NCBI GenBank assembly: GCA_965215005.1
Contig: CBDCCZ010000044.1
Span: 110,522-174,521 of the forward strand
Source of the DNA: Kofleriaceae bacterium
GTDB lineage: Bacteria > Myxococcota_A > Polyangia > Haliangiales > Haliangiaceae
Direction: 5' to 3'
Length of the DNA stretch: 64,000 nt
Below are positions 11,139-20,485 of this stretch, one piece after another. Each line of letters opens with the position of its first letter. The first letter of the stretch is position 1. The notes beneath the pieces were generated by a model. That model saw only the letters and a list, made by a program, of their open reading frames with translations, did no database searches and was not told the origin of the DNA. The translations under genes and the position numbers were made by a program.

Positions 11139-11932
11139 GGAGTCTTGGGCTCGGCGCCGTCTTCGGGTCGCCAGCGGCGACGGCGCATGATGAACGGAAC
11201 GTGCACTTGGTCGGATTTATAGTCCAGGCACAGCGCGTACATGACGATGTTGATGCCCATCCGCTCGGCCATCTCACGCTGCGGCTCACCCCCGGGAACG
11301 CACTGAAACTCGTGGTTACCGAAGTTATCGCGCGCCCACGCTCCGCCGAGATCGTTTTGCACGTAAGCGATGACGAGCCGATCGTCGCGGGTGATTCCTT
11401 CCATCACCGGGCTCACCGCGACGCGGCCGACGGGACGATCCACTAAGTAGAACGACTTGTAGATCACGTGGTCGATGGCAACCAGAGCCAGACCTTCGCT
11501 CGGCGGCGGATACAGCGCCTCGATGAGCCGGCGTACTGATCTATCAAAGGCGCCGTTGGTAGTGCCTTCGGCCGAGTCGATGAGTAGAAAGCCGCCAAAG
11601 GTGAGAAAGCGCCGCAGCGCCGCCACGGCCGGCTCGCTGGGAACGGCGAACTCACGATCGCCGGCGAGATACAAAAATGGCGTCTCGTGCAGGTCTGGAT
11701 CGGTGAGACGCACCGTCTTGGGCTCGAGCTCCACCGCGATGGCGGTGCGCTTCTCGACCTCCCAGCCGAGTCGCCGCAACGCCGAAGGTCGTGGATTCCA
11801 GCGCTCACCGAGAGCGAGGTGGCCGATGCGGAACTTGGAGGCTTCGCCGATCGCGTGAGAGGATCGCTGGCGCATGCCGAGCACACCGGCCACGCCAGCC
11901 GCAAAGATCCTGAGCACGTTGCGGCGATGCAT
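11135..11932 (-). CDS. DUF4159-family protein with Tat-like signal
   Basis: MHRRNVL twin-Arg leader; PFLYLAG, GGFLLID, DHVIYKSFY, NDLGGAW, GINIVMYAL. Confidence 0.85.
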   Translation of the reverse strand: MHRRNVLRIFAAGVAGVLGMRQRSSHAIGEASKFRIGHLALGERWNPRPSALRRLGWEVEKRTAIAVELEPKTVRLTDPDLHETPFLYLAGDREFAVPSEPAVAALRRFLTFGGFLLIDSAEGTTNGAFDRSVRRLIEALYPPPSEGLALVAIDHVIYKSFYLVDRPVGRVAVSPVMEGITRDDRLVIAYVQNDLGGAWARDNFGNHEFQCVPGGEPQREMAERMGINIVMYALCLDYKSDQVHVPFIMRRRRWRPEDGAEPKTP

Positions 11933-12014
11933 TGCCGCAAAGGTAGCGGCTCGTCTCTGCTCTGGCCAGCGCCGCAACGGCGCAGGTGCATGGGGCGCGA
12001 CATCTGCCGGAGCA

Positions 12015-12168
12015 CGAGTACGCCGCCGCGGGTTTTCTGACCCAGAAATCCGCCGCCCCGATGCGGGGCAAGGGCGGCAGATTTCTGCTGCTCAGGCGCC
12101 GCGTTCGGCGTCTCCCCAAGCGATTGTTGTTTTTCGAGCGGTTCACGACTTCCGCCGTGAACCACGAG
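12015..12168 (-). mobile_element. 146-bp structured MITE-like element, copy 1 (12019-12164), flanked by a CTCG direct repeat
   Basis: Aligns over its full length with 22899-23044; CGAG at 12015-12018 and 12165-12168. Confidence 0.8.
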
Positions 12169-12190
12169 CTCCCACATACGGCGCGGCGCG

Positions 12191-13819
12191 GTGACAGCAG
12201 GGGCGGCCCGCATCGCATCCCCAGGCCGCCCGTGTTCGACGCCTCCGGTGCCACTCGAGGAGCTCGAGGAGCTGGCGCGGCGGCTGGCACTGGAGCTGGA
12301 TTTTCAGCTTCTGGTGGCCATTGCGGCGGAGATGGCGCAATGCGACTCGGGGGCGCCTGAGCTGTGCGGGCGGGTATACGAGCAGCGGTTGGCGAGTCGA
12401 CGGACGCAGCGACGCGCCATCGGCAGCTACTACACGCCGGCGTGGCTGGTGGAGCAAGTGCTCGCGCGGTGCATGGCCGCCGGTGATCGGGTGCTCGATC
12501 CGGCGTGCGGCGGTGGCGCGTTTCTTCTGGCTGCTTGGCGTCGCGGTGCCGCGTTGCTCGCTGGCATCGATGTCGATCCTGGCGCGGTAGCGGTGTGTCG
12601 GCTGGCCTTGGCTCTCGAAGGCGTTCCCGCGGCCGCGGTGCATCTCGAGGTGGCCGATGCGCTGCTTGCGCCGGCGCACGTGCATGCTCCGTTCGACGCC
12701 GTGATCGGCAATCCACCGTGGGGGCAGAAAGGCTTTCGCTTTGCGCCATCGGTGGCGGCGGCGCTGCGACGGCGATATCGCACCGCGGGCGGCGTGCTCG
12801 ATCCCTTTAAGCTGTTCGTCGAGCTCGCTCACGAGCGCACGCGCGCCAGCGGGCGCTGGGGCTTGGTGTTGCCCGACATCGTGCTGTTGAAGAATCAAGC
12901 GCCGCTGCGCGCGTTGGTGCTCACGGAGACGTCTCTCGAGCACATCCTCGATTGCGGTCGCGTGTTCGCCAGCGTTCAGCTCGATGCGGTGGCGCTGATC
13001 GCGCGCAAGGGGCCGCCGTCAACGAGCCATCGAACGCGGATCTGGCGGCGCGAAGCAAGCTCGGAGAAGCTCACGGAGCGTGCGTCCATCGCACAGCGCG
13101 TGTTCTTTGAGCAGCCCGGTCACAAGCTCAATATTCACCTAACCGATGCGATCCTCGCGCGTCTGCGGCGATTGGCGCCGCTGCCGCGACTTGCATCGCG
13201 CTTCGAGATTCATGAAGGCGTGCACTCGGGCAACGTGCGCCACAAGCTGTTTGTCGCCGCTCCGGGGCCGCATCGCGTGCCGCTCATCATTGGTCGCGGT
13301 GAGCTCGCGCGGTATCGCTTGCGGTGGGCCGGCGGGTATCTGGATCGCTCGCCAGGACTCGTGGACAAAGTCGCCGGTGAGTACGCCAACCTCGGCCGGC
13401 GGCAATGGCATGAGCGCGCCAAAATCGTCGTTCGCCGCACCGGCGATCTGGTCATTGCGGCGCTGGATGAGCGCGGCGTGTACGTGAGTAACAACGCCTT
13501 CGTGGTGGTGCCGCGGCAATCGATGGAGACAGATGAGCTCCGCGCCTGGGTGGGGTATCTCAACAGCGCGCTCATAACGTGGTATTTCCGCGCCGTGCAG
13601 CCGCGCACGGGACGATTATTCGCCGAGCTCAAGATTGCCCAGCTCGGCGAGTTTCCCGTGCCCCAACCATGTGTGTGGCATGCCCACCGGCAGCGCATCG
13701 CAGCGCTGGTGGCCGAGGTGGGGCACGGCCAGCGAGCTGAGCTCGCTGCGCTCGCGGAGCTAGATCGTTGCGTTGAGCGAATGCTGCTGGGCGAGAAGGC
13801 ACCTGCGAGCGCGGTTTGA
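12191..13819 (+). CDS. N6-adenine DNA methyltransferase with TaqI-like C-terminal specificity domain
   Basis: GSYYTP, VLDPACGGGAFL (motif I), GNPPW (motif IV), C-terminal KIVVRRTG..YLNSALITWYF. Confidence 0.88.
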   Translation: MTAGAARIASPGRPCSTPPVPLEELEELARRLALELDFQLLVAIAAEMAQCDSGAPELCGRVYEQRLASRRTQRRAIGSYYTPAWLVEQVLARCMAAGDRVLDPACGGGAFLLAAWRRGAALLAGIDVDPGAVAVCRLALALEGVPAAAVHLEVADALLAPAHVHAPFDAVIGNPPWGQKGFRFAPSVAAALRRRYRTAGGVLDPFKLFVELAHERTRASGRWGLVLPDIVLLKNQAPLRALVLTETSLEHILDCGRVFASVQLDAVALIARKGPPSTSHRTRIWRREASSEKLTERASIAQRVFFEQPGHKLNIHLTDAILARLRRLAPLPRLASRFEIHEGVHSGNVRHKLFVAAPGPHRVPLIIGRGELARYRLRWAGGYLDRSPGLVDKVAGEYANLGRRQWHERAKIVVRRTGDLVIAALDERGVYVSNNAFVVVPRQSMETDELRAWVGYLNSALITWYFRAVQPRTGRLFAELKIAQLGEFPVPQPCVWHAHRQRIAALVAEVGHGQRAELAALAELDRCVERMLLGEKAPASAV

Positions 13820-13832
13820 TAAGCTTGCCGGC

Positions 13833-14789
13833 GTGATATCCGGCAAGCGGGTTCTCATTACGGGGGGCGCCGGCTTCATCGGCTCGCATCTGGCCGAGCG
13901 GCTGGTTAAAGACAACCACGTCGTCATCTACGACAACTACCGGCGCGATGCGTTCACCGGTCTGGGGCTCGATTCTCATCCGCGAGTAACCGTCATCCGC
14001 GGTGACGTGCTCGACCTCGATGGCGTGCGCGAAGCAATGCGCGGTTGCGACTGCGTCATCCACATGGCGTCCATCGCCGGCGTCGACACCGTCATGAAGA
14101 ACCCGGTGCTCACCATGCGAGTGGCGATGACCGGCACCCAAAACGTGCTCGAGGCGGCGCATTCGCAGGGCGCGATGCATCGCTTCATCGACTTCTCTAC
14201 GAGTGAGGTCTTCGGGCGCTTTGCCTACCAAGTGACTGAGTTCGACGCCACCACCCTCGGCGCCGTGGGCGAAGCCCGCTGGACCTATGCGGTGGCCAAG
14301 CTGGCGACCGAACACCTGGCGATGAACTATCATAAGGAGCTGGCGCTGCCGACGTGCAGCATTCGGCCTTTCAATATCTATGGGCCACGCCAGGTGGGCG
14401 AGGGCGCGATTCACCACTTCATACGCCGTGCGCTCACCGGTGAGCCGCTGGTGGTGCACAACGATGGCGCGCAGATTCGCGCGTGGTGCTATATCGACGA
14501 CATCGTCGAGGCGATCCTCTTGTGCCTCGAGCGCGATAGCGCCGTGGGACACGCCTTCAATATCGGCAATCCGCGGTCGACGGTCACCATCTACAACCTC
14601 GCGCGGGAGATCGTTCGCCTGTCTTCTTCTTCATCGCCGATTCAATTCAAGGAATGGCCGCACGCCGACGTGAACATCCGGGTTCCCTCGGTGGACAAGG
14701 CTCGCGAGCTGCTGGGATATCGCGCGCAGATTGATCTCGAAGAAGGTCTGCTCCGCACCATCCAGTGGTATCGCCGCAATCAGGGGTGA
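13833..14789 (+). CDS. NAD-dependent sugar epimerase/dehydratase (extended SDR)
   Basis: TGGAGFIGSH, STSEVFG, YAVAK, RPFNIYGPRQ; GTG start at 13833. Confidence 0.93.
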   Translation: MISGKRVLITGGAGFIGSHLAERLVKDNHVVIYDNYRRDAFTGLGLDSHPRVTVIRGDVLDLDGVREAMRGCDCVIHMASIAGVDTVMKNPVLTMRVAMTGTQNVLEAAHSQGAMHRFIDFSTSEVFGRFAYQVTEFDATTLGAVGEARWTYAVAKLATEHLAMNYHKELALPTCSIRPFNIYGPRQVGEGAIHHFIRRALTGEPLVVHNDGAQIRAWCYIDDIVEAILLCLERDSAVGHAFNIGNPRSTVTIYNLAREIVRLSSSSSPIQFKEWPHADVNIRVPSVDKARELLGYRAQIDLEEGLLRTIQWYRRNQG

Positions 14790-14793
14790 GGGT

Positions 14794-15894
14794 ATGCGCA
14801 TTCCTCTGGCACGACCCTCCGTGAGTGAGGCAGACATTGCTGCCACCGAGCGGGTGCTGCGCTCGGGACAGCTGGTGCTCGGCGCCGAAAACGAGCGCTT
14901 CGAGCGCGCTTTGGCCGAGGCAACCTCGCGCACCCACGCGATCGCTTGCACCTCCGGAACCGCGGCGCTCGAGCTGGCGCTATGGGCACTGGGAATTGGC
15001 CCCGGCGATGAAGTGATCGTCCCCGCGGCCGGATTTCCAGCCGCGCCCAACGCGGTGTTGCGTCTGGGCGCCACTCCGGTGGCCGTCGACGTCGAGGCTG
15101 GCAGCTGGAATCTCGACTTCGAGAAGGCGTACGCCGCGGTCGGCGAACGCACCCGCGCCGCGGTTTCGATCGATCTCTTCGGCTTGGTACACGATAGCGC
15201 CGCCGCCGAGCGCTTCGCCAGCGCCGCACGCATCGCCCTCGTCGACGATGCTGCCTGTTCGCTCGGCGCCAGTGATGCCGACGGCGCGGTCGGTGGCAGC
15301 TACGGCGCCATCGGCACGCTGTCGTTTCATCCGCGCAAGGTGATCAGTACCGGCGAAGGCGGCGCAATCGTCTGCGACGACGACGAGCTCGCGACCATCT
15401 TGCGCGAGCTGCGCAACCACGGCCAAGCAGGACGTGGACGCTTTGCCCGTCCCGGCACCAACGTGCGCTTGCCTGAGACCGCCGCGGCCATGGGCTGCGC
15501 GCAGCTCGAGCGCCTCGGCGGTATGATTTCCGAGCGACGACTGCTCGCCGATGGCTACTGCGAACGCCTGGCGCCGCTGCGCAACGGCAATGTTCTCCAG
15601 TGGCAGCTGGCGCCCGAGGGCGCGGAGCACTGCTATCAGACGTTTGCCGTGCGCTTGGAGGAAGGCATCGACCGCGCCGCGGTGATCGCCAGGCTCAGCG
15701 AGCGGGATATCGAGGCGGGCGTTGCCACCTATTCCATGACTCGACTGCCCACTCTGGCCGAGTTGCCCAAGGTCACGCCGTGCAGCAACGCCGAGTTGCT
15801 TCACGATCAAGGCCTGGCCTTGCCGCTCTATGTCGGCATGCGCTCGACTGAGCTCGATCGCGTGTGCGAGGCGCTGCGCGAGGTGCTGCGATGA
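14794..15894 (+). CDS. DegT/DnrJ/EryC1/StrS sugar aminotransferase
   Basis: SGTAALELAL..GPGDEVIVP, DDAACSLG, SFHPRKVISTGEGG. Confidence 0.93.
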   Translation: MRIPLARPSVSEADIAATERVLRSGQLVLGAENERFERALAEATSRTHAIACTSGTAALELALWALGIGPGDEVIVPAAGFPAAPNAVLRLGATPVAVDVEAGSWNLDFEKAYAAVGERTRAAVSIDLFGLVHDSAAAERFASAARIALVDDAACSLGASDADGAVGGSYGAIGTLSFHPRKVISTGEGGAIVCDDDELATILRELRNHGQAGRGRFARPGTNVRLPETAAAMGCAQLERLGGMISERRLLADGYCERLAPLRNGNVLQWQLAPEGAEHCYQTFAVRLEEGIDRAAVIARLSERDIEAGVATYSMTRLPTLAELPKVTPCSNAELLHDQGLALPLYVGMRSTELDRVCEALREVLR

Positions 15895-16877
15895 CGTGCG
15901 CCATCGAGGTTGAAAATCTGGCCAAGATATACCGCGCGCCGTTCTCGCGGCGCCGCGTGGAAGCGGTGCGCGGGGTAACACTCACGATCGAAGCGGGCGA
16001 GGTCTTTGGCTTCTTGGGCCCCAACGGCGCCGGCAAGACGTCGACCATTCGCATGTTGATGGGCTTGATTCGACCCAGCAGCGGGCTCGCGCGCATCTTT
16101 GGGCATCGGATTCCGAGTCGAGAGGCACGCGCTCGCGTCGGGTTCTTGCCCGAGTCGCCGTACTTCTATACCTACCTAACGGTGGCGGAGCTGCTGGATC
16201 TGACCGGCCGGCTCTTTGGCCAAGGGCGCAGTGAGCGGCGCAAACGCGCCAATGAGCTCATCGAGCTGGTGGGCCTTTCGCATGCGCGCTCGACAGCGCT
16301 GCGCAAGTACTCCAAAGGGATGCTGCAGCGTGCCGGTATCGCGCAAGCGCTCATGAACGATCCTGACTTGGTGGTGTTCGATGAGCCGATGAGCGGGCTC
16401 GATCCGGTGGGCAGACGCGACGTCCGCGACATCATCTATCGGCTCCGCGATGCCAAAAAAACCGTGTTCTTCTCCTCGCACATCCTGGCTGATGTCGAGT
16501 CGGTGAGCGACCGTGTGGCCATCGTCGTTCGCGGCCAGGTCAAGGAGCTCGGCAGCGTTGCCGAGCTGGTAGGCAAGGAGCGAGTGGGCACTGAGCTGGT
16601 GCTGCACGTCGGCGCTGGCGAAGCCGCCCGAATCGCCAGCGAGCTCAGCGCACTGGGCACCACGCGCCACGTCGAGGGCACCATTACCGCCACGCTTCCC
16701 GCCACTGGCGACGTCGATGCGTTTCTCGTGCGCGCCCGTGAGCTCGGGGCTCGGGTGCACGCGGTGACGCCCAAGCATCAAACCCTCGAAGACCGCTTCA
16801 TCGCGCTCGCCCGCGGCGCCGACTCCCATCCGGGCAACCGAGAACGCCATGAGGTCAGCATCGAGGCGCAGCCATGA
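15891..16877 (+). CDS. ABC exporter ATP-binding subunit (PilH-like)
   Basis: Walker A GPNGAGKT, signature YSKGM, Walker B VVFDEP, SSH switch. Confidence 0.93.
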   Translation: MTCAIEVENLAKIYRAPFSRRRVEAVRGVTLTIEAGEVFGFLGPNGAGKTSTIRMLMGLIRPSSGLARIFGHRIPSREARARVGFLPESPYFYTYLTVAELLDLTGRLFGQGRSERRKRANELIELVGLSHARSTALRKYSKGMLQRAGIAQALMNDPDLVVFDEPMSGLDPVGRRDVRDIIYRLRDAKKTVFFSSHILADVESVSDRVAIVVRGQVKELGSVAELVGKERVGTELVLHVGAGEAARIASELSALGTTRHVEGTITATLPATGDVDAFLVRARELGARVHAVTPKHQTLEDRFIALARGADSHPGNRERHEVSIEAQP

Positions 16878-17665
16878 TCGGTCGCATCATCGCCATCGCG
16901 CTCAATACCTTTCGCGAAGCGGTACGCAATCGTGTGGTTCACGCGGTGGTCGTGGTTGCCCTTGCGTTGATGATGGCCGCCATCGTCATCGGCGAGATGT
17001 CGCTGCACGAGGAAGCGCGCGTCGCACGCGACCTGGGTCTGTTCGTGCTGTCGCTGTTTGGCATCCTCACCGCGATCATCCTCGGCTCCATGCTGCTCTA
17101 TACCGAGATCGCCCGGCGCACGATTCACACTATTTTGGCCAAACCTCTCGAGCGTTGGGAATTCGTCGCCGGCAAGTACGCAGGCATGGCCCTCACGCTG
17201 CTGTTCATCGTTGGCGTCTTCACCGGCTGCATGATCGTCTTGTTATGGCTGCAAGACGTTCCCTTCACCGCCGCATTGGCCAAAGCGGTGGTTCTTGCCT
17301 ACTTGGAAATCCTCGTCATCGCTGCAGTGGCGGTGTTCTTTTCGTCGTTTTCTAGTCCAGTGTTGTCCGGACTGTTTACCTTCGGCGTGTTCATCGTCGG
17401 TCGTCTCACCGCCGAGATGCGCCTCATCCTCGAGCAGAGCAAAGACGTTGGAATCGAGAATGCACTGCGGGCAACGCTATGGCTGGTGCCCGACTTGCAC
17501 CTCTTCGCGATCTCGGGTGGCACGGTCGATGGCGAGTACGTGAGCGTTCATAGTCAATTCGTCGACTGGGGATATGTCTCGAGCGCGGCCTTGTATGCGC
17601 TGCTGTGGATCGCGATCCTGCTGGGGCTTGGTTTTGCGATCTTTGCGCGGCGGGACTTTGCTTGA
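16874..17665 (+). CDS. ABC-2-type permease (PilI-like)
   Basis: About 6 TM helices, IALNTFREAVR, TILAKPLERWEFVAGKY, C-terminal FARRDF; overlaps the ATPase. Confidence 0.88.
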   Translation: MIGRIIAIALNTFREAVRNRVVHAVVVVALALMMAAIVIGEMSLHEEARVARDLGLFVLSLFGILTAIILGSMLLYTEIARRTIHTILAKPLERWEFVAGKYAGMALTLLFIVGVFTGCMIVLLWLQDVPFTAALAKAVVLAYLEILVIAAVAVFFSSFSSPVLSGLFTFGVFIVGRLTAEMRLILEQSKDVGIENALRATLWLVPDLHLFAISGGTVDGEYVSVHSQFVDWGYVSSAALYALLWIAILLGLGFAIFARRDFA

Positions 17666-18321
17666 TGGGTGCGCGCGAGCGGCGTCGCAAGCTGATCACC
17701 GGTGCGGTGGTGGTCGCGGTGTGCTTCGGTGCGGTGGTGGTGCGTGCAGTTTGGGACGGGCGCGCCGCGCTCAGCACCGGCGATGCGGCGCTTGCCGCGG
17801 GCAACACCGACGAGGCAGTGCGCTGGTGGCGCCGCGCCGCCCGTTGGTACGTGCCCGGTGCGCCCCATGTCGATAGCGCGTATCAGCGGCTGCAGACGCT
17901 GGCAACGCAGGCGGAGGCGCGCAGCGATGTTGCCACCGCGCTTGCTGCTTGGCGGGGGATTCGCAGCTCCATTCTGGCGACGCGCAGCCTATGGACACCG
18001 CATGAGGAGCTGCTCGAGCCAGCCAATCAACGCATCGCCGCGCTCATGGCAACCTTGGAAGGACCCTCGGCGGATCCGCAGGCCAGCGAGGTGGAGCGAG
18101 CGGCGTGGCACTACCGCTTGCTTGCTCGCGATGAGTCTCCCGCTGTGGGCTGGGTGGTCGTCGCGCTGATTGGTTTTGCGGCGTGGATCGGCGGGGCCAT
18201 CGCGTTTGCGCTGCGCGCCGTCACCGCCGACGATGAGCTCGTGGTGAGCACGGCGGTGCGTTGTGGCGTGGTGATTGCCGCGGGGCTCTTCATTTGGGTG
18301 CTCGGCCTTTACAACGCTTAG
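17665..18321 (+). CDS. Hypothetical membrane protein with TPR-like periplasmic segment
   Basis: TGATG coupling to the permease; N-terminal TM and two C-terminal TM helices. Confidence 0.7.
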   Translation: MGARERRRKLITGAVVVAVCFGAVVVRAVWDGRAALSTGDAALAAGNTDEAVRWWRRAARWYVPGAPHVDSAYQRLQTLATQAEARSDVATALAAWRGIRSSILATRSLWTPHEELLEPANQRIAALMATLEGPSADPQASEVERAAWHYRLLARDESPAVGWVVVALIGFAAWIGGAIAFALRAVTADDELVVSTAVRCGVVIAAGLFIWVLGLYNA

Positions 18322-18347
18322 CGGCCTTCGTACCGTGACCAGACCAA

Positions 18348-18896
18348 GTGCTGGACGGGACCGACCTCGAGTTTCTCCGCGGGCTGTCGATTTTCGCCGG
18401 CCTGCCAGCCGATGTGCTCGATACGATCGCCGCGCACGCGCGTCGCGTCGAGCTCACGGCGGGCGAGGTGCTGTTCGTCGAAGGCGAGCCCGCAAAAGAT
18501 CTGTTGGTGGTTCGCCAGGGCATGCTGGAGGTCGTGAAGCGCCCCAGCCGCGGCGGCGAGGTCTGCATTGCCGCGCTTTCTGCCGGTGACGTCGCTGGCG
18601 AGATGTCGCTGCTCGATATCCAGCCCCGCTCGGCCGCCGTTCGCGCCGCCGACACCGCCATCGTCATCGTCATCGGCCATGGCGACCTCGCCGGCATCTA
18701 TCGCGAGGACAAAGCCAGCTACACCCTCTTAGTGATGAACATCGCGCGAGAGATCTCGCTGCGCTTGCGTCGGGTGGATACCGTTCTCGCCAATATCATG
18801 GCCGAAATCGGAACCGTGACCGGCACCAGCGGGCGCGCTCTCGATGCCGACGAGGAAGCCCTTCTCACCGAGCCGCGCGATGTTCGCGGCGATTGA
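18348..18896 (+). CDS. Cyclic-nucleotide-binding domain protein (no HTH)
   Basis: GEVLFVEGE, GDVAGEMSLL, PRSAAVRA phosphate-binding cassette. Confidence 0.88.
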   Translation: MLDGTDLEFLRGLSIFAGLPADVLDTIAAHARRVELTAGEVLFVEGEPAKDLLVVRQGMLEVVKRPSRGGEVCIAALSAGDVAGEMSLLDIQPRSAAVRAADTAIVIVIGHGDLAGIYREDKASYTLLVMNIAREISLRLRRVDTVLANIMAEIGTVTGTSGRALDADEEALLTEPRDVRGD

Positions 18897-18899
18897 TTC

Positions 18900-19769
18900 A
18901 TGGAAATTCGAACCCTTCGTTCCGACGAGCTCGAGATGGCTGGCGCGCTCCTTTACGGCGCCTTCGAACGCCTTGCTAGCGAGCATCATCAGCCGCCGCC
19001 GCTCGCTTCCGAGCTGGATGCGGGCTCGCTCTTGCAGTCACTGGCTTCGGCCTCGCCTGAGCATGTGTTGGTGGCAGCAACCGGTGGCGCCGTGGTCGGC
19101 GTGGGCGCTGCGCGGCTGCTCGGCGAAGTCGCCACCATTGGACCGATCGCAGTGGCCGCCGACGGTCGCGGCATCGGCGGGGCTATCTTGGATGCGCTCA
19201 TCGAGCGCGCCGATGAGGCGGGTGCGCAAGCCACTCGCGCGGTGGTTGCTGGCTGGAATCAACGCGGCTTCGCGCTGTTTGCCGCCCGCGGCTTCGCCAC
19301 GGTGGATGTGGCCGCTTCGATCGAACGCGCCCCTGGCGAGCCGCTGCCGCTCGACAACTCGCGTGGTCTCGAGGTTCGAGAGGTCACGGCAGCCGATTTC
19401 GCTGAGCTGGGCGAGCTCGACCGCAAGCTCACGGGGCTCGATCGCGGCACCGAGCTGGCCGCGCGGGTGCAACTGGTGGCGCGCCGCCGCGGCGCCCTGG
19501 TCGGCTATCTGGCGCGCAACGGTGAGCTGCTCGGACCGGCGGTGGCGGTCGACGTGAGTGACCTGTTTCTGCTCGTGGCCCACGCGTTGCCGCAAGGAGG
19601 CGCTGAGGTGCGGCTGCGCGCGCGACTGTCCACGGCGGCTCCTACCGGGCCGCTCGCGGCGCTGGCGCTGGGATTTCGCATTCACGAGCTCGGCTTGGTC
19701 GTCTCGCGGGGGGCGCAGCCGCCGGCGCGGCCGCCACAGCTCTACTCCAGCGCGCCGCTCGTGCTTTAG
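18900..19769 (+). CDS. GNAT-family acetyltransferase (tandem GNAT)
   Basis: IGPIAV..GRGIGGAIL acetyl-CoA motif, LFAARGF, second-domain LGPAVA. Confidence 0.8.
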   Translation: MEIRTLRSDELEMAGALLYGAFERLASEHHQPPPLASELDAGSLLQSLASASPEHVLVAATGGAVVGVGAARLLGEVATIGPIAVAADGRGIGGAILDALIERADEAGAQATRAVVAGWNQRGFALFAARGFATVDVAASIERAPGEPLPLDNSRGLEVREVTAADFAELGELDRKLTGLDRGTELAARVQLVARRRGALVGYLARNGELLGPAVAVDVSDLFLLVAHALPQGGAEVRLRARLSTAAPTGPLAALALGFRIHELGLVVSRGAQPPARPPQLYSSAPLVL

Positions 19770-19929
19770 CGCGGCTCTGCACCTGTGGGCAAGCTGTGCG
19801 ACACAGCGGAATCACTGCCGCTTCGCTGTGCGCTCTTTGCCAACTCGGGGCTCAAGGCTGAGCAACAGCATCGCTGCAATCGTCGCACGCTGCGGTGAAG
19901 GCGCACCTTCGCCGACCTGGGCACCGCTG

Positions 19930-20319
19930 TCAATAGATCCCACCGCGCTCCCGAATCCGCTCGATCATCGCGTCTAGCCGCAGGCGCTCGCCGGTAGCGA
20001 TGTCGACGATGCGGACGCCAAAGCCGGTGGGGTAATGGTCCGCTTCGGCGCTGCACGCCTCGACCACACGCACCACCACGACTTTGCAGGTAATCGAGCT
20101 GTCGTAGTCATAGAGCTCGAGGTCGAGCGTGGAGCCGGCGCGAAACGGATAGGTCCTGGCGACACGCGTGTACAGGAACACGCCGTGCGGTGACAGGTCG
20201 CGCGTGCGCAGCACGAACTCGCCCTCGCCTCCGACCACTTTGACGAAGGCTTCGACCTTCACTCGCTCGGCGCTGCGAGAGGTCGGCGTCGAGTCGGTAG
20301 AATCCCCTTCGCTGGTCAC
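19930..20319 (-). CDS. PilZ-domain protein
   Basis: RSAER (RxxxR) and DLSPHG (DxSxxG), GFGVR; only the C-terminal ~129 aa of the called ORF is plausible (GTG 20319). Confidence 0.85.
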   Translation of the reverse strand: MTSEGDSTDSTPTSRSAERVKVEAFVKVVGGEGEFVLRTRDLSPHGVFLYTRVARTYPFRAGSTLDLELYDYDSSITCKVVVVRVVEACSAEADHYPTGFGVRIVDIATGERLRLDAMIERIRERGGIY

Positions 20320-20485
20320 GGCTCTACGATACCTGCGGCGCGGGGCGAATTCGATCTCCGGGCAGCCGCATCTGGCATGATAGACGCTGAGATGACACGA
20401 TCTGGGGTGCGTGCTATAGCGACGAGCCACAACGCGCCAATTTCGCGTGAAGGCGGCGCCTCTCTCGGCCGTCAGTGGGGATGAG

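Noticed and set aside
12191..13819. Complete restriction-modification or BREX system
   Set aside because: No endonuclease, HsdS/HsdR or brx genes adjacent
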